Part shown: positions 12,040 through 23,649 of the stretch, piece after piece
How positions within the stretch are numbered: position 1 is the first letter of the stretch
Layout of the letters: every line of letters starts with the position of its first letter
NCBI GenBank assembly: GCA_002269645.1
Contig: NIVC01000297.1
Span: 1 to 64,000, forward strand
Direction of reading: 5' to 3'
DNA from: Macrostomum lignano
Taxonomy: Eukaryota
Length of the DNA: 64,000 bases
Notes under the pieces: model-generated
Database searches by the model: none
Told to the model about the DNA's origin: nothing
Seen by the model: the letters and a program-made list of their open reading frames with translations, nothing else
Position numbers and translations under genes: made by a program

Positions 12040-12700
12040 CATGGAGGAAAGAATAGAATGGAGTGCTAATCTGAGCCAGTTATTTTTGTCTCACTCGATC
12101 TTCACTTTTAACATCCCTTTCCCCCCGTTCTTTCCAATTGGCTCGTGACTGCCATAGACAAAGTATTTTTCGTCTCGTTTTCGTTTTTGTTCCACCCTGG
12201 AAGGTCTGTCCCAGCATAGTATTGTTTTGTCAGCCTAACTGAGAATAAAGCCATCCAAAGTGAGAATCCTGCCTACGCTGACTGCGAAGGGCCTGGCTGC
12301 GTGCAGCCTTAGTCTATGGGCCATAGACAATAAAGGACAAGCAAAGTGATAAAAAGCCATCCAATGTGAGAATCGATTGGTCTATGTGTCGTATTCTTTT
12401 ATTTTTATACCTTCTGAGCTTCTGAGCCATATGACTAGCCAATCCTAGCTTATCCTTTATAGTCTATGGCTCATAGACTAGGCTGGACGCAGCCAGGCCC
12501 TTCGTATTCAGCGTAGGCAGGATTCTCACTTTGGATGGCTTTATTCTCAGTTAGGCTGACAAAACCAATACGAGCTCGCATCAAAATATGCTTTCAGCCA
12601 ATAGGAAGGAACAGGGGGGAAAGGGATGTTAAAAGCGAAAATCGAGCGAGATAAAAATAACTGGCTCAGATTAGCACTCCATTCTATTCTTTCCTCCATG
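12040..12700. mobile_element. Foldback/MITE with ~300-bp inverted arms and 8-bp TSD (P- or hAT-like)
   Basis: Termini CATGGAGGAAAGAATAGAATGGAGTGCTAATCTGAGCCAG / its exact reverse complement. Flanks GCCAAGAA (12032-12039) and GCCGAGAA (12701-12708). Confidence 0.85.
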
Positions 12701-12958
12701 GCCGAGAATCGGACTGCGAACAAAGGGACTTTAATGGAGTTCTGCCGACTGCAGTGCTAGAGAAAAATGGATCCTGTGTTCTATTTTTTCTATAAGTGAG
12801 TACCTCTGAACGCCACTTGGGCATTGAACTACTCCATGTACTATAAAGACGGCGTGGGTTACACCACAAGACTATATTAAATCGTTACTGTTGTCCTCTT
12901 TGTAATGTTGCACTTTTAACGTTTTAAATACAATCGTTTTGGCTTCGTCTATGGCCCA

Positions 12959-13924
12959 GCCCGATATCGGGCAGAGAATGATATATTCCTGCACGGTCAC
13001 GAGTGCGGGAATGACATCTGCACGAGTGCGCGCTAGCGCACGAGTGCACGATGTCCTTCACGCACGAGTGAACGTGAAGGAATTCCATTGTCGGATGATT
13101 CATCGTGCAGGAATGCACAAAACCGTGCAGGAATGCATTTCTGCGCCTAATGCTTTTTCAGTGAGATTTTACCATAGACATCCATTCCTGCACGCAAAAG
13201 AGTGCAAGAATGCCATTCTTGCATGGAAAATCAGCCGACAATGGGCCGTTTCTTAAGCATTGTAACACGATATAAATGTGTAAAAGCGTGCATTAAAACG
13301 CTAAAAGCGTGCTTAAATGGCTCGTGATCGCGTATTGGCTGGAGTCATTTAATGCACGAGAAATATATATCGTGTTACAATACTACTCAATACTATAGTC
13401 TTGCCCGCAAAGTCAAGCAGGAATATAAGATCTATGGTCTCGACTCATGAACAACTCCTCAAGGCCATTCGCGGCCACAATAAATGAAACCATGCAGCCG
13501 GCAATATCTCATGGTTATTTACATTTAAACCACTTTAAAGCTCACTTTCAGGGAGGTTGTTGACATAGATTTTATTTTGCGGGATTCAATCGATTACTTT
13601 CCCGGACATATTGCAAGGATTATTGTATGTATCTAAATAAACGAGCTTCTCTCTTCTCTTCCTTCGTGACTCGAGAAATTTCTTAATGAAGTTTCGTCTA
13701 TGGTAAGAACATGGGGGCTTCGTCCCCACACCCCCAGCAGGGGCTTCGCCCCCACACCCCCATCCCCAACTTCAACCATAGACATACAAGTATGGCTCCG
13801 GGATTTATCTAAATACATCCCGCAAAATTAAAGTAGTTTAAATAAGATATTCTGTGTTTTTCGGTCGGTATTTCACTTAAATCCCTCGAGCCTTCAGCTC
13901 TCGGGATTTAATCACATACCGACC
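12959..13924. repeat. Cluster of short palindromic elements
   Basis: GCCCGATATCGGGC at 12959-12972; ATTCCTGCACGG/CCGTGCAGGAAT at 12985-13134; ATTGTAACACGATATA/TATATCGTGTTACAAT at 13259-13381; GGTCGGTAT..ATACCGACC hairpin at 13863-13924. Confidence 0.75.
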
Positions 13925-14942
13925 TCAAACCCATGGAATAGCTTATACGTACTCGCAAAAGTCAATGTACCATGCGCATGTTTTCGTATCGTAATTTTTT
14001 TACAATAAGTTGCTGTGCCAGCCTTGCTGCCATAGACAAAAGCTCCGTTACATCGGCAAACGTATCTTGGATTGAATTCAATGCACGTAGTAGCTCGATC
14101 GTAAGCCCAAATGGGCTGCAAAAAGCTTTATTGAACTAAGCCAATCCCCGGGCCTGCTGCATGCCCATGAGCAGATAAACAGATAAATTTTGGCTTGTTT
14201 GTGTACTAACAAAAACCGCAAATTTAATTTTACATGTACGACAAAACAAAACTATGAGGCTTGCGAGTTTGGCTGCGATCATCTCTCTGATAATGGGTGA
14301 GTTATTTTGGGGAAGAATAGTGCGTCTTTTTAGAGGCTTTTACTGGCTACGCGCATGTTGGTGTCACTTTGGCGCCGAAACCTGTTTGGCTCTTGATGCA
14401 CAAAAGTGGCGCTCCTGCCACCGGAAGTGGCGCTCTTGACACAAAGTGATACTCAAAATATTCCAAGTGACGCCCCAGACACCACTTTGCTGCAGTCTTG
14501 GGTAGCGCCCGATGCATTAGGAATTTGTGGGATTTTGTCCCTATGCTGACCAACCCCTTGGCCACTCGGCGCACTTCGACCCATCTTTTCCTGAAACAGA
14601 ATCAGCTGAAATTGATCCCATGAACTCCTGACAGGATGCGCAGCGGCCTGCGCCGGCACCAAATGCCTCCCAAAAGGATATTTCTGCGACGAAAAGCTGC
14701 CGTCCTACCGCTGCTGCCAGCCTCTGAGTTGCGTGCGCGTCGACTCCAATGACTCAGTTGGCTACAGCCACCTGCGTGAGCGCTGCTTGTAGGCTGCGGT
14801 CAAATTCAAATTGACTGATGCTCTGTTGGCTTTGCTGGAGATTTTTTTAGCGGGCGCACATCTGATATGTCTATAGAACATTGGAACTGTGTCCTTGTTT
14901 GCTTACCAAGAGTCCAAGCTTGGATCTCAGTATCTACTCTAT

Positions 14943-14943
<1 letters not shown>

Positions 14944-14972
<29 letters not shown>
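14944..14972. repeat. (CA)n microsatellite
   Basis: Direct reading. Confidence 0.95.
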
Positions 14973-14976
<4 letters not shown>

Positions 14977-15488
14977 TCCATAAAAAGTCCAACATACGTA
15001 AAATTTTCAAAGAGATCAGAGAGAGGTTCTGACTATTTAATTATATCATTTTCAATTAAGAAACTTAATTTACATGTATGTGATGTGATGGCTTTCAGTT
15101 TCCATGGTCGAAGCTCGTTGTTTCCATGGACCCGATTCTTTTCACTGGCAGGATTTTTAATGATTTTTAATAAGGAATTTCAACGTTTTACAACTGAGGG
15201 TATTAGAACAAGGCTTAGAATCTGCCACATTGGCACGCAGTGAATAATTTAAATAAAAAAATATTTTGCAAGGTATCCTCAACTATACATGTAGTACTCA
15301 AGTTAGAATTCGCGCCGGTCGTCATCCAGACGCGCGCCCCATATATTTGCCTCGTGGTCTCTCTAGTTTGGCTGATAAGACCTCAAGCAGCGAGAAAACC
15401 TCAACTGCTTGACATCCTCAGCTTGCATGTAGGCTCTCAATCATTCATCATTACCCTTGAGAGTCCATGACAGGCGCTAGGTGACTAT

Positions 15489-15720
15489 TAGCAGGGTCGT
15501 CGTCACCCCGGATTCTATGGTGGGGGATAATTTCAAGAATTCTACATGACTGAATTCCTAGGTTATTTTCGAAATCAGTGTTCATATCACTCATTTTTAC
15601 GCTTGCGGACACTCATTATTTTGGCGCTGCAGGTATTTTTCGGCCCCTGAATCAAAATTAATTGAATTACATTACGGGTCACAAGGTGGGGCTGGGGATA
15701 AATAATTGGCATGTCCCCTC
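15489..15720. mobile_element. Diverged copy of the 10781-11188 MITE family (lacks the internal array)
   Basis: Shares TTAGCAGGG.CGTCG.CA, TATGGTGGGGG, CAAGAATTC..ACATGACT.AATT and CACAAGGTGGGG blocks. Confidence 0.6.
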
Positions 15721-18700
15721 AAAAATTTTTTTTTGCATCGTGCCACTCCGTCCACCTGTCCCGCACTCGTGCCGGCACTATGATCGACTTTGTTTTAAAA
15801 GCAAAATTTCAAATTGGTATATAATAACAAATACTTTTAACGGCAAGGACCAAAACAGTAAACAAATAAATTGTACGACATCATTAAAAGCCAAAAATGT
15901 TTTATTTCACAAAAAATTATTTTTAAAAGATATTTAAACATAGGTAGATACATTATTTAACACAGCCAAATATAAACCATTTAGTACTCGGTAAAACCTG
16001 CTTGCCAGCTAGCATCCAGGAACAAAAATATTCAATACATTTTTCGTTACCTGCTGTGCTAAGGCCTAATTAGATCTGAATAGACGAATAAAACTAAAAT
16101 TATAAGACAAATTTTCTGAAATGCAAGTTTATATCAATTTTTAAAATTAAACTGTAGGCATATCTGTCTAGCCTTGCCACGGCGCCGCCTAGGCCTAACA
16201 CAGTCTTAGGCCCGGTAGGGGACTACGGCCTAGCTAGAGCTAGAGGCAGAGGCTCTAAGAGTTATATTATAAATATAGGTAGCCTAGGGTATAGACATTA
16301 GTAATGTGTCCCATCTTATCTTATCTAGACTATAGTATATTTTTTGACTAGGCCCCTAATCAACTGCTTTTTTAGTTTTCAATTTAGCATAGGCGTACTA
16401 AATATTAGTGTTGACACCATGCGCTGCTGACTATGGAATTCTAGTTCTTGAAAATGAAAATTTAGGTGACAAACTTCCATTTTAGCACATTTCCTATGTC
16501 TATAAGCTACATAAAATGCAGTCATATTTGTGAAGGACAGCTAGGCCCTACACCTAAAACTTGCTGCGTAATTTGAATTTTGTTCTATGTAGCCTATAAA
16601 ATTTTATGTTCCCATGTGCATGTTCTTCAGTTTTTCAAATAAAATGGAGAGACAGTAGAGGTGCTTGCTTCACTTTTCTCTTGCCCACATCTGCAGGCCC
16701 AAAGGCATGGCCATTGCCTCAGCTGCCAGCTGGGCTGTAGACCGCAGCAGCCTGGGCCCAGAAATACCATGCTTCTAGTTCAACTCTTTGTTATCCAATG
16801 TGAGCAAAAGGTGCAGGCAGGACCCAAAATCGTACCTGTTATATTTCTCAAAATTGCAAAAATTTTGACCAAAATACAATTAGGCTATACCATGTCAATA
16901 GTTAAAGCAAATTTTATTAAACATAATCATAGGCCTAAATTAAGGAATTGTTAACTTATGTAATTATTTGTACTTAAACAAGTTAATAGAATGATAGCTC
17001 TAGTGAAATAAAAAAAATAGTTATATAATATCTTTAAATATTCTACATTTGACTATAGTCCACTTAGTTGATGCCCACATCTCATGGCTCATGCTTAAGT
17101 TTAAGTCATGTATTATTAACCAAGGGGATGAAGTGTGTCTAATAGATGGCTTATATCTGAAGCCATGGTTGCAATCAATAAATCAGACTTAAAATTATTG
17201 ATAGCCAAATTTGCTTAGATTGATACAAAATTTGCTTTTGCCAAATTTGTCTATATTAAATTCCTATTGCCAAATTTGTTTGTCACTGAGTTTGCATGCA
17301 TCCATTAAAAATGATAGACCGTGTTTAAATCTTGCATACTAAAAGTAAAAATTAATGATATTTAATATAATTTACTGTTTCCTTAAAAGACCACAAATTT
17401 TCTATTAGATACCTAAATTTCAAATGATAATTAACAGAGCCTAAGAAATGAGCATAAAAACTTTTTGGAGGGTTGGCTATTTTATTTTTAATTATTTGTT
17501 TAAGTAATCTTAGTATCTTTCAGTTTGGTTCCTTAATTTAGACATAAGATACTAAATAGCTTTAGTTAAATAAAATAAATTAGTCCAATAAATTAAATAA
17601 TTATTGCAAGTTAATCCAATGTAGTTAAATGAAAAGTTAATAATCAATAGTCATTATACCCATTTTCCTATATAGGAACTATTGATCAATAGAGTAATAG
17701 AATTGATAATAACATAGAGCAATGCCTATTTATAAAGGCACGTAAAGCTTTGGCTAATTAAGTTCTATGATTTAAGAGCAATTATTAGGTTGCATGCATG
17801 TTGTACAATAATCCAATGCAGTTATTGAAGGAATTATATGGGTCCAAACTAAATAGATTTTTAACCATATATGCCCAATACCCGCTTGACCCGTCCAAAC
17901 CGGATGGGTGAAATGGCTGCCAGCCAAGGTAAGTTGCTAAATAAAAAAATGTGAAAAATGAAAAATTGGGAGATTGGAGGAAGAAAGAAACGAGAGGAAG
18001 AGAAAAGAAAAAGAAAAAAGGAGGGAGAAGAAAAAGGCAAGAAAGTCATATACAAAGTGAAAATTAAGTTGCAATTGCCATGGGGGAACTAAGTTGCAAA
18101 TCTGAACAAAACCAAGTTGCACTGGATGGGTGAAATTTTATGGTTGGGCATGTATGTTTTTAGCTAAGAACTGTTGAAGCTTTCATACACCAAATTGTAG
18201 CAGTCTAGCTTGAAAATGCAGCTGGAGCACCAACATAAAGTTGTGGAGTAGTCACTGAGGGTTAAACTTTCTGTATTTTTTGTATAGTGATTATTGATTT
18301 TTTATTTTGCACTTGTATTAGACTGATTTTCACCTTGAACTAATGTATTGTTCATCCCTTATTTCTTACATGTATATTTGTGCTCTCATATTTATTGAAA
18401 TATGTACCTTAAAGATATATAGAAAAATGCATTGGCTATAGTAAGAATCTATGTTTATGTTTTTCATTTTTTCCTATTTGTATGATAAGCAAATGCATAT
18501 CATGGTTGGTATTTGTTTTAAATATTTTTAATATAGGAAATTTCAAAAGAATTTAAAACTGTTTTTTTATTTAAGTATTGAGCATAATTTTAAAAGCAAC
18601 ATATAAATTTTGTGAAAATTTTTTTAAATAGAAAATGATAAAATCACTTAAGAGATTTTTGTCTGCCTAACATTTACCTTGTATATTGTATATATGAGTT

Positions 18701-18963
18701 TTAGATATAAAACTGATATTTTCTTGAATACATGATTGATAGCCTTCTAAAACAGTTCCAAAAATTGTTTTATCACATCCTTTTGAAAAATGATTAAGTC
18801 AAGCAAGTATTTAATATTGTGCCATTTTAGAACAGGACTAATTATAAGTTTAAGGCCTAACAATACAGTGTCCAATCTTATCCTAATAACATTTTGTTTT
18901 ACTCTGAATGCATAGAAATATGGCCTCAATGGCAAAATATGGAATGCATGCCAGCTGTCGCCC

Positions 18964-21701
18964 ATGAGCTTCTGTTGGCAGGACTTGTCACAGCTGCCTC
19001 CAGATGCGGATGCTGCAGTGACAATCTTAGATATTTCACACAACCACTTCAGGTATGGCTTGCTTTTGTTTCTGTATGATGAACTTTTGTCTTCTACTAA
19101 TAGGTCTTCACACAATTTGCAGGCAGGTTTTCTTATTTTTGCAGGAGCCTCGATTCCTTGGCGCCGTTGAAGCAGCTGAAGGTGCTCATAGCTGATGACA
19201 ACGAGTTGGACAGCCAGCTGCGGCTGCCTGACTTGCCGCATTTGGAAACCCTCAGCCTCAATAAGAATAAGGCGAGTGTGCAGCGCTTGAATGGCCGAAT
19301 GCACTGCCAGATCCCCAGTTGCTGCGCCACCTCACAGACCCGTTGCTGGGCCACCTCTCAGATCCCCAGTTGCTGGTCCACCTCACAGACCCGTTGCTGG
19401 GCCACCTCTCAGATCCTCAGTTGCTGGTCCACCTCACAGACCCATTGCTGGGCCACCTCTCAGATCCTCAGTTGCTGGGCCACCTCTCAGATCCTCAGTT
19501 GATGGGCCAGCCTCCCAGATCCCCAGTTGATGGGCCAGCCTCCCAGATCCCCAATTGATGGGCCAGCCTCCCAGATCCCCAGTTGATGGGCCAGCCTCCC
19601 AGATCCCCAGTTGATGGGCCAGCCTCCCAGATCCCCAGTTGATGGGCCAGCCTCCCAGATCCCCAGTTGATGGGCCACCTCACAGACCCGTTGCTGGGCC
19701 AACTCTCAGATCTTCAGTTGATGGGCCAGCCTCCCAGATCCCCAGTTGCTGGTCCACCTCACAGATCCTCAGTTGCTGGGCCACCTCTCAGATCCTCAGT
19801 TGCTGGGCCACCTCTCAGATCCCCAGTTGATGGGCCAGCCTCCCAGATCCCCAGTTGATGGGCCAGCCTCCCAGATCCCCAATTGATGGGCCAGCCTCCC
19901 AGATCCCCAGTTGATGGGCCAGCCTCCCAGATCCCCAGTTGATTGGCCAGCCTCCCAGATCCCCAGTTGATGGGCCAGCCTCCCAGATCCCCAGTTGATG
20001 GGCCACCTCACAGACCCGTTGCTGGGCCAACTCTCAGATCTTCAGTTGATGGGCCAGCCTCCCAGATCCTCAGTTACTGGTCCACCTCACAGATCCTCAG
20101 TTGCTGGGCCACCTCTCAGATCCCCAGTTGCTGGGCCACCTCTCAGATCCTCAGTTGCTGGGCCACCTCTCAGATCCTCAGTTGCTGGGCCAGCCTCCCA
20201 GATCCTCAGTTGATGGGCCAGCCTCCCAGATCCCCAGTTGATGGGCCAGCCTCCCAGATCCCCAGTTGATGGGCCAGCCTCCCAGATCCCCAGTTGATGG
20301 GCCAGCCTCCCAAATCCCCAGTTGATGGGCCAGCCTCCCAGATCCCCAGTTGCTAGGCCAGCCTCCCAGATCCCCAGTTACTTTCCCATCTCCCAGATCC
20401 TCAGTTTCTGGCCCTCACGCACGGATCCACAGTGTCTCAGACACCGCTGATCATAACCTAGGACTGCTCTCTAAATACAAATTAGCTGTCCATGACGCCC
20501 AGCACGCACTCTCGCCCCCGCCAGATCTCTGACCTGGAGCAGCTGTGCTCCGAGCTTGGCCGCCGGGCGCCCCGCCTGGAGTTCCTCAGCCTGATGGGCA
20601 ACCCGGCCGCTCCGGACGCCATCTTCCAGCACATCAGCCGCCTGGCTGACGCCGCTGCCGCTGCTGATGACGCTGATGACTTTGTCGATTCGGCGACGCC
20701 AGACTTCGACGAGGACGACTTCGCTCGCTACCGACTACTGGTGGCGCATCTGTTGCCCAGTCTGCGCTACCTGGACTCCAGCCTCGTCACCGACCGGGAG
20801 AGGCTCGAGGCCCGGCAGCGCGGCCGCTACCTGCTGAAGGTGCGCCTGGCCGAGAGCGACGGCCCGGCTGGCGGGGAAGACGGGGCAAGGCAGCCATACA
20901 GCCCGCTGCCCAGCCTGGCCGCCGCCCAGCCCGACTCCGTGGACAAAGGTGAGCTGGGGGCGGGAGTTCAGAGGGTGCAGATTATCCAGATCAGGTCTAT
21001 AGATTAGATGCAGCTTATCCAGATTAGGTCTATAGATTAGATACAGCTTATCCAGATCAGGTCTATAGATTAGATGCAGCTTATCCAGATCAGGTCTATA
21101 GATTAGATACAGCTTATCCAGATCAGGTCTATAGATTAGATGCAGCTTATCCAGATCAGGTCTATAGATTAGATGCAGCTTATCCAGATCAGGTCTATAG
21201 ATTAGATGCAGCTTATCCAGATCAGGTCTATAGATTAGATGCAGCTTATCCAGATCAGGTCTATAGATTAGATGCAGCTTATCCAGATCAGGTCTATAGA
21301 TCAGATGCAGCTTATCCAGATCAGGTCTATAGATTAGATGCAGCTTATCCAGATCAGGTCTATAGATTAGATGCAGCTTATCCAGATCAGGTCTATAGAT
21401 TAGATGCAGCTTATCCAGATCAGGTCTATAGATTAGATGCAGCTTATCCAGATCAGGTCTATAGATTAGATGCAGCTTATCCAGATCAGGTCTATAGATT
21501 AGATGCAGCTTATCCAGATCAGGTCTATAGATTAGATGCAGCTTATCCAGATCAGGTCTATAGATTAGATGCAGCTTATCCAGATCAGAGTCCAGCTCGC
21601 ACCGCCCACCCCACACGGCAGCGGCCTTCGGCAAGTCCCGCTACATCTACTACGGCAAGCACTCGGAGGGCAATCGCTTCATTCGGAACAATGACCTCTG
21701 A
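18964..21701 (+). CDS. LRMDA: Leucine-rich melanocyte differentiation-associated protein-like (C10orf11 family), ~239 aa from the first in-frame Met
   Basis: Exons 18964(or 18916)-19052, 19145-19271, 20525-20948, 21622-21701, all phase-consistent. The spliced protein reads LDISHNHFRSLDSL..LIADDNEL..LETLSLNKNK|ISDLE..LEFLSLMGNP..DEDDFARYRLLV..LRYLD..ERLEARQRG..FGKSRYIYYGKHSEGNRFIRNNDL*, matching the family from recall. An upstream exon is possible. Confidence 0.85.
19308..20400. repeat. 27/28-bp minisatellite in the LRMDA GC-AG intron
   Basis: Unit CCCAGATCCCCAGTTGATGGGCCAGCCT and variants. Confidence 0.95.
20985..21587. repeat. 33-bp minisatellite in the last LRMDA intron
   Basis: Unit ATCCAGATCAGGTCTATAGATTAGATGCAGCTT, near-identical copies. 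Confidence 0.95.
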
Positions 21702-22049
21702 TTAGATGCATAATTTCGAAATGGCCGAGCAGGATCCCTTTATGCGCAAACTTATTGCCTATTGCGAATATCGAAATACTCATTGCGTCATCAGTAAATG
21801 TCTTGGCGAAGCGCGTCTCATCGTGTTGTACTGACGCTGCGGGTTCACTAAGCCGTTAAATTTTGCTATCAAATTCTGCCCCAATCTGCTGGCTGATTGC
21901 CCATCCATACAATGATATTCCGCGAGTTCTTTCAATTTTTAATGCGCTATAAAACCCATCAGATTTATTCACTTCTGTTTCATTGGCTTTGCGACGTCTC
22001 CTTGTGCAATTAATGCTGGAGAACCTTTGAATGATGTACCAATCGGTCC

Positions 22050-23055
22050 GATCCCATTAGGTATCTGTACCAATCCTATTAGATGTCTGTACCAATCCTA
22101 TTAGGTATCTGTACCTATCCTATTAGGTATCTGTACCAATCCTATTAGGTATCTGTACCAATTCCATTAGGTATCTGTACCCATCCTATTAGGTATTTCT
22201 GTACCAATTCCATTAGGTATCTGTACCAATCCTATTAGGTATCTGTACCTATCCTGTTAAGTATTTCTGTACCAATCCTATTAGGTATCTGTACCTATCC
22301 TATTAGGTATCTGTACCAATCCTATTAGTTATATCTGTACCAATTCCATTAGGTATCTGTACCCATCCTATTAGGTATTTCTGTACCAATTCCATTAGGT
22401 ATCTGTACCAATCCTATTAGGTATCTGTACCAATCCTATTAGGTATCTGTACCAATCCTATTAGGTATCTGTACCAATTCCATTAGGTATCTGTACCCAT
22501 CCTATTAGGTATCTGTACCAATTCCATTAGGTATCTGTACCAATCCTATTAGTTATATCTGTACCAATTCCATTAGGTATCTGTACCCATCCTATTAGGT
22601 ATTTCTGTACCAATTCCATTAGGTATCTGTACCAATCCTATTAGGTATCTGTACCTATCCTGTTAGGTATTTCTGTACCAATCCTATTAGGTATCTGTAC
22701 CTATCCTATTAGGTATCTGTACCAATCCTATTAGGTATCTGTACCAATCCTATTAGGTATCTGTACCAATTCCATTAGGTATCTGTACCCATCCTATTAG
22801 GTATCTGTACCAATTCCATTAGGTATCTGTACCAATCCTATTAGGTATTCTGTACCAATTCCATTAGGTATCTGTACCCATCCTATTAGGTATCTGTACC
22901 AATTCCATTAGGTATCTGTACCCATCCTATTAGGTATCTGTACCAATTCCATTAGGTATCTGTACCCATCCTATTAGGTATCTGTACCAATTCCATTAGG
23001 TATCTGTACCAATCCTATTAGGTATTTGTATCAATTATATCAGATATCTGTACCA
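22050..23055. repeat. ~22-bp intergenic minisatellite
   Basis: Unit GTATCTGTACCAATCCTATTAG and variants. Confidence 0.95.
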
Positions 23056-23649
23056 ATCGTGCTAGCCGTTACATTGCAGTGCTCAGAGTTGTACTCCAGC
23101 TATTTGTATTTCTACTCTGGTGCTTCCTCCTGTGATTTGAAAGATTTTAAATTTACTTTAAAATACATGTATTCTATCTTGATGGGATGAAGTTAATTAA
23201 AGTTATTGATGAATCAAATTATTATGATGGTGCTGTAATAACAATAATCTGAAGTTTTCGCAGCGAATTTTTTAAACAGTTTTCTGCTCGCAACAGGAAA
23301 TTTTGCTCCAATAAGTCAATAAAACTGAGTAAAACAGATAACGCGCTGTTCACAATATTCACAACGGCTTAGTTCTAAACTTTTTTAATGCATTTGTTGG
23401 GCTCAGGGACTCGTTTAGAGATGACAGATCCTGTTAAAGATGATTAGAGATTTAGAATGAAATGAGAGACTTATAAGAAGATGGAAGATTTAGAATACTT
23501 GTAAAATGAGAGGAAACATTAGATTCAGGATGAGGTTTGAGATGTAGGATGAGATTTGGGATTTAGGATAAGATGAGACATTTGGATAAGATGAGAGATT
23601 CAGGATGAGATTGTGGCGATAAGAATAAGCTAGGTAATATTTTTTTGAG

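Noticed and set aside
17867-18155. Small TIR element (ATGCCCAA/TTGGGCAT)
   Set aside because: The inverted match is short and no TSD is clear; it could be chance.
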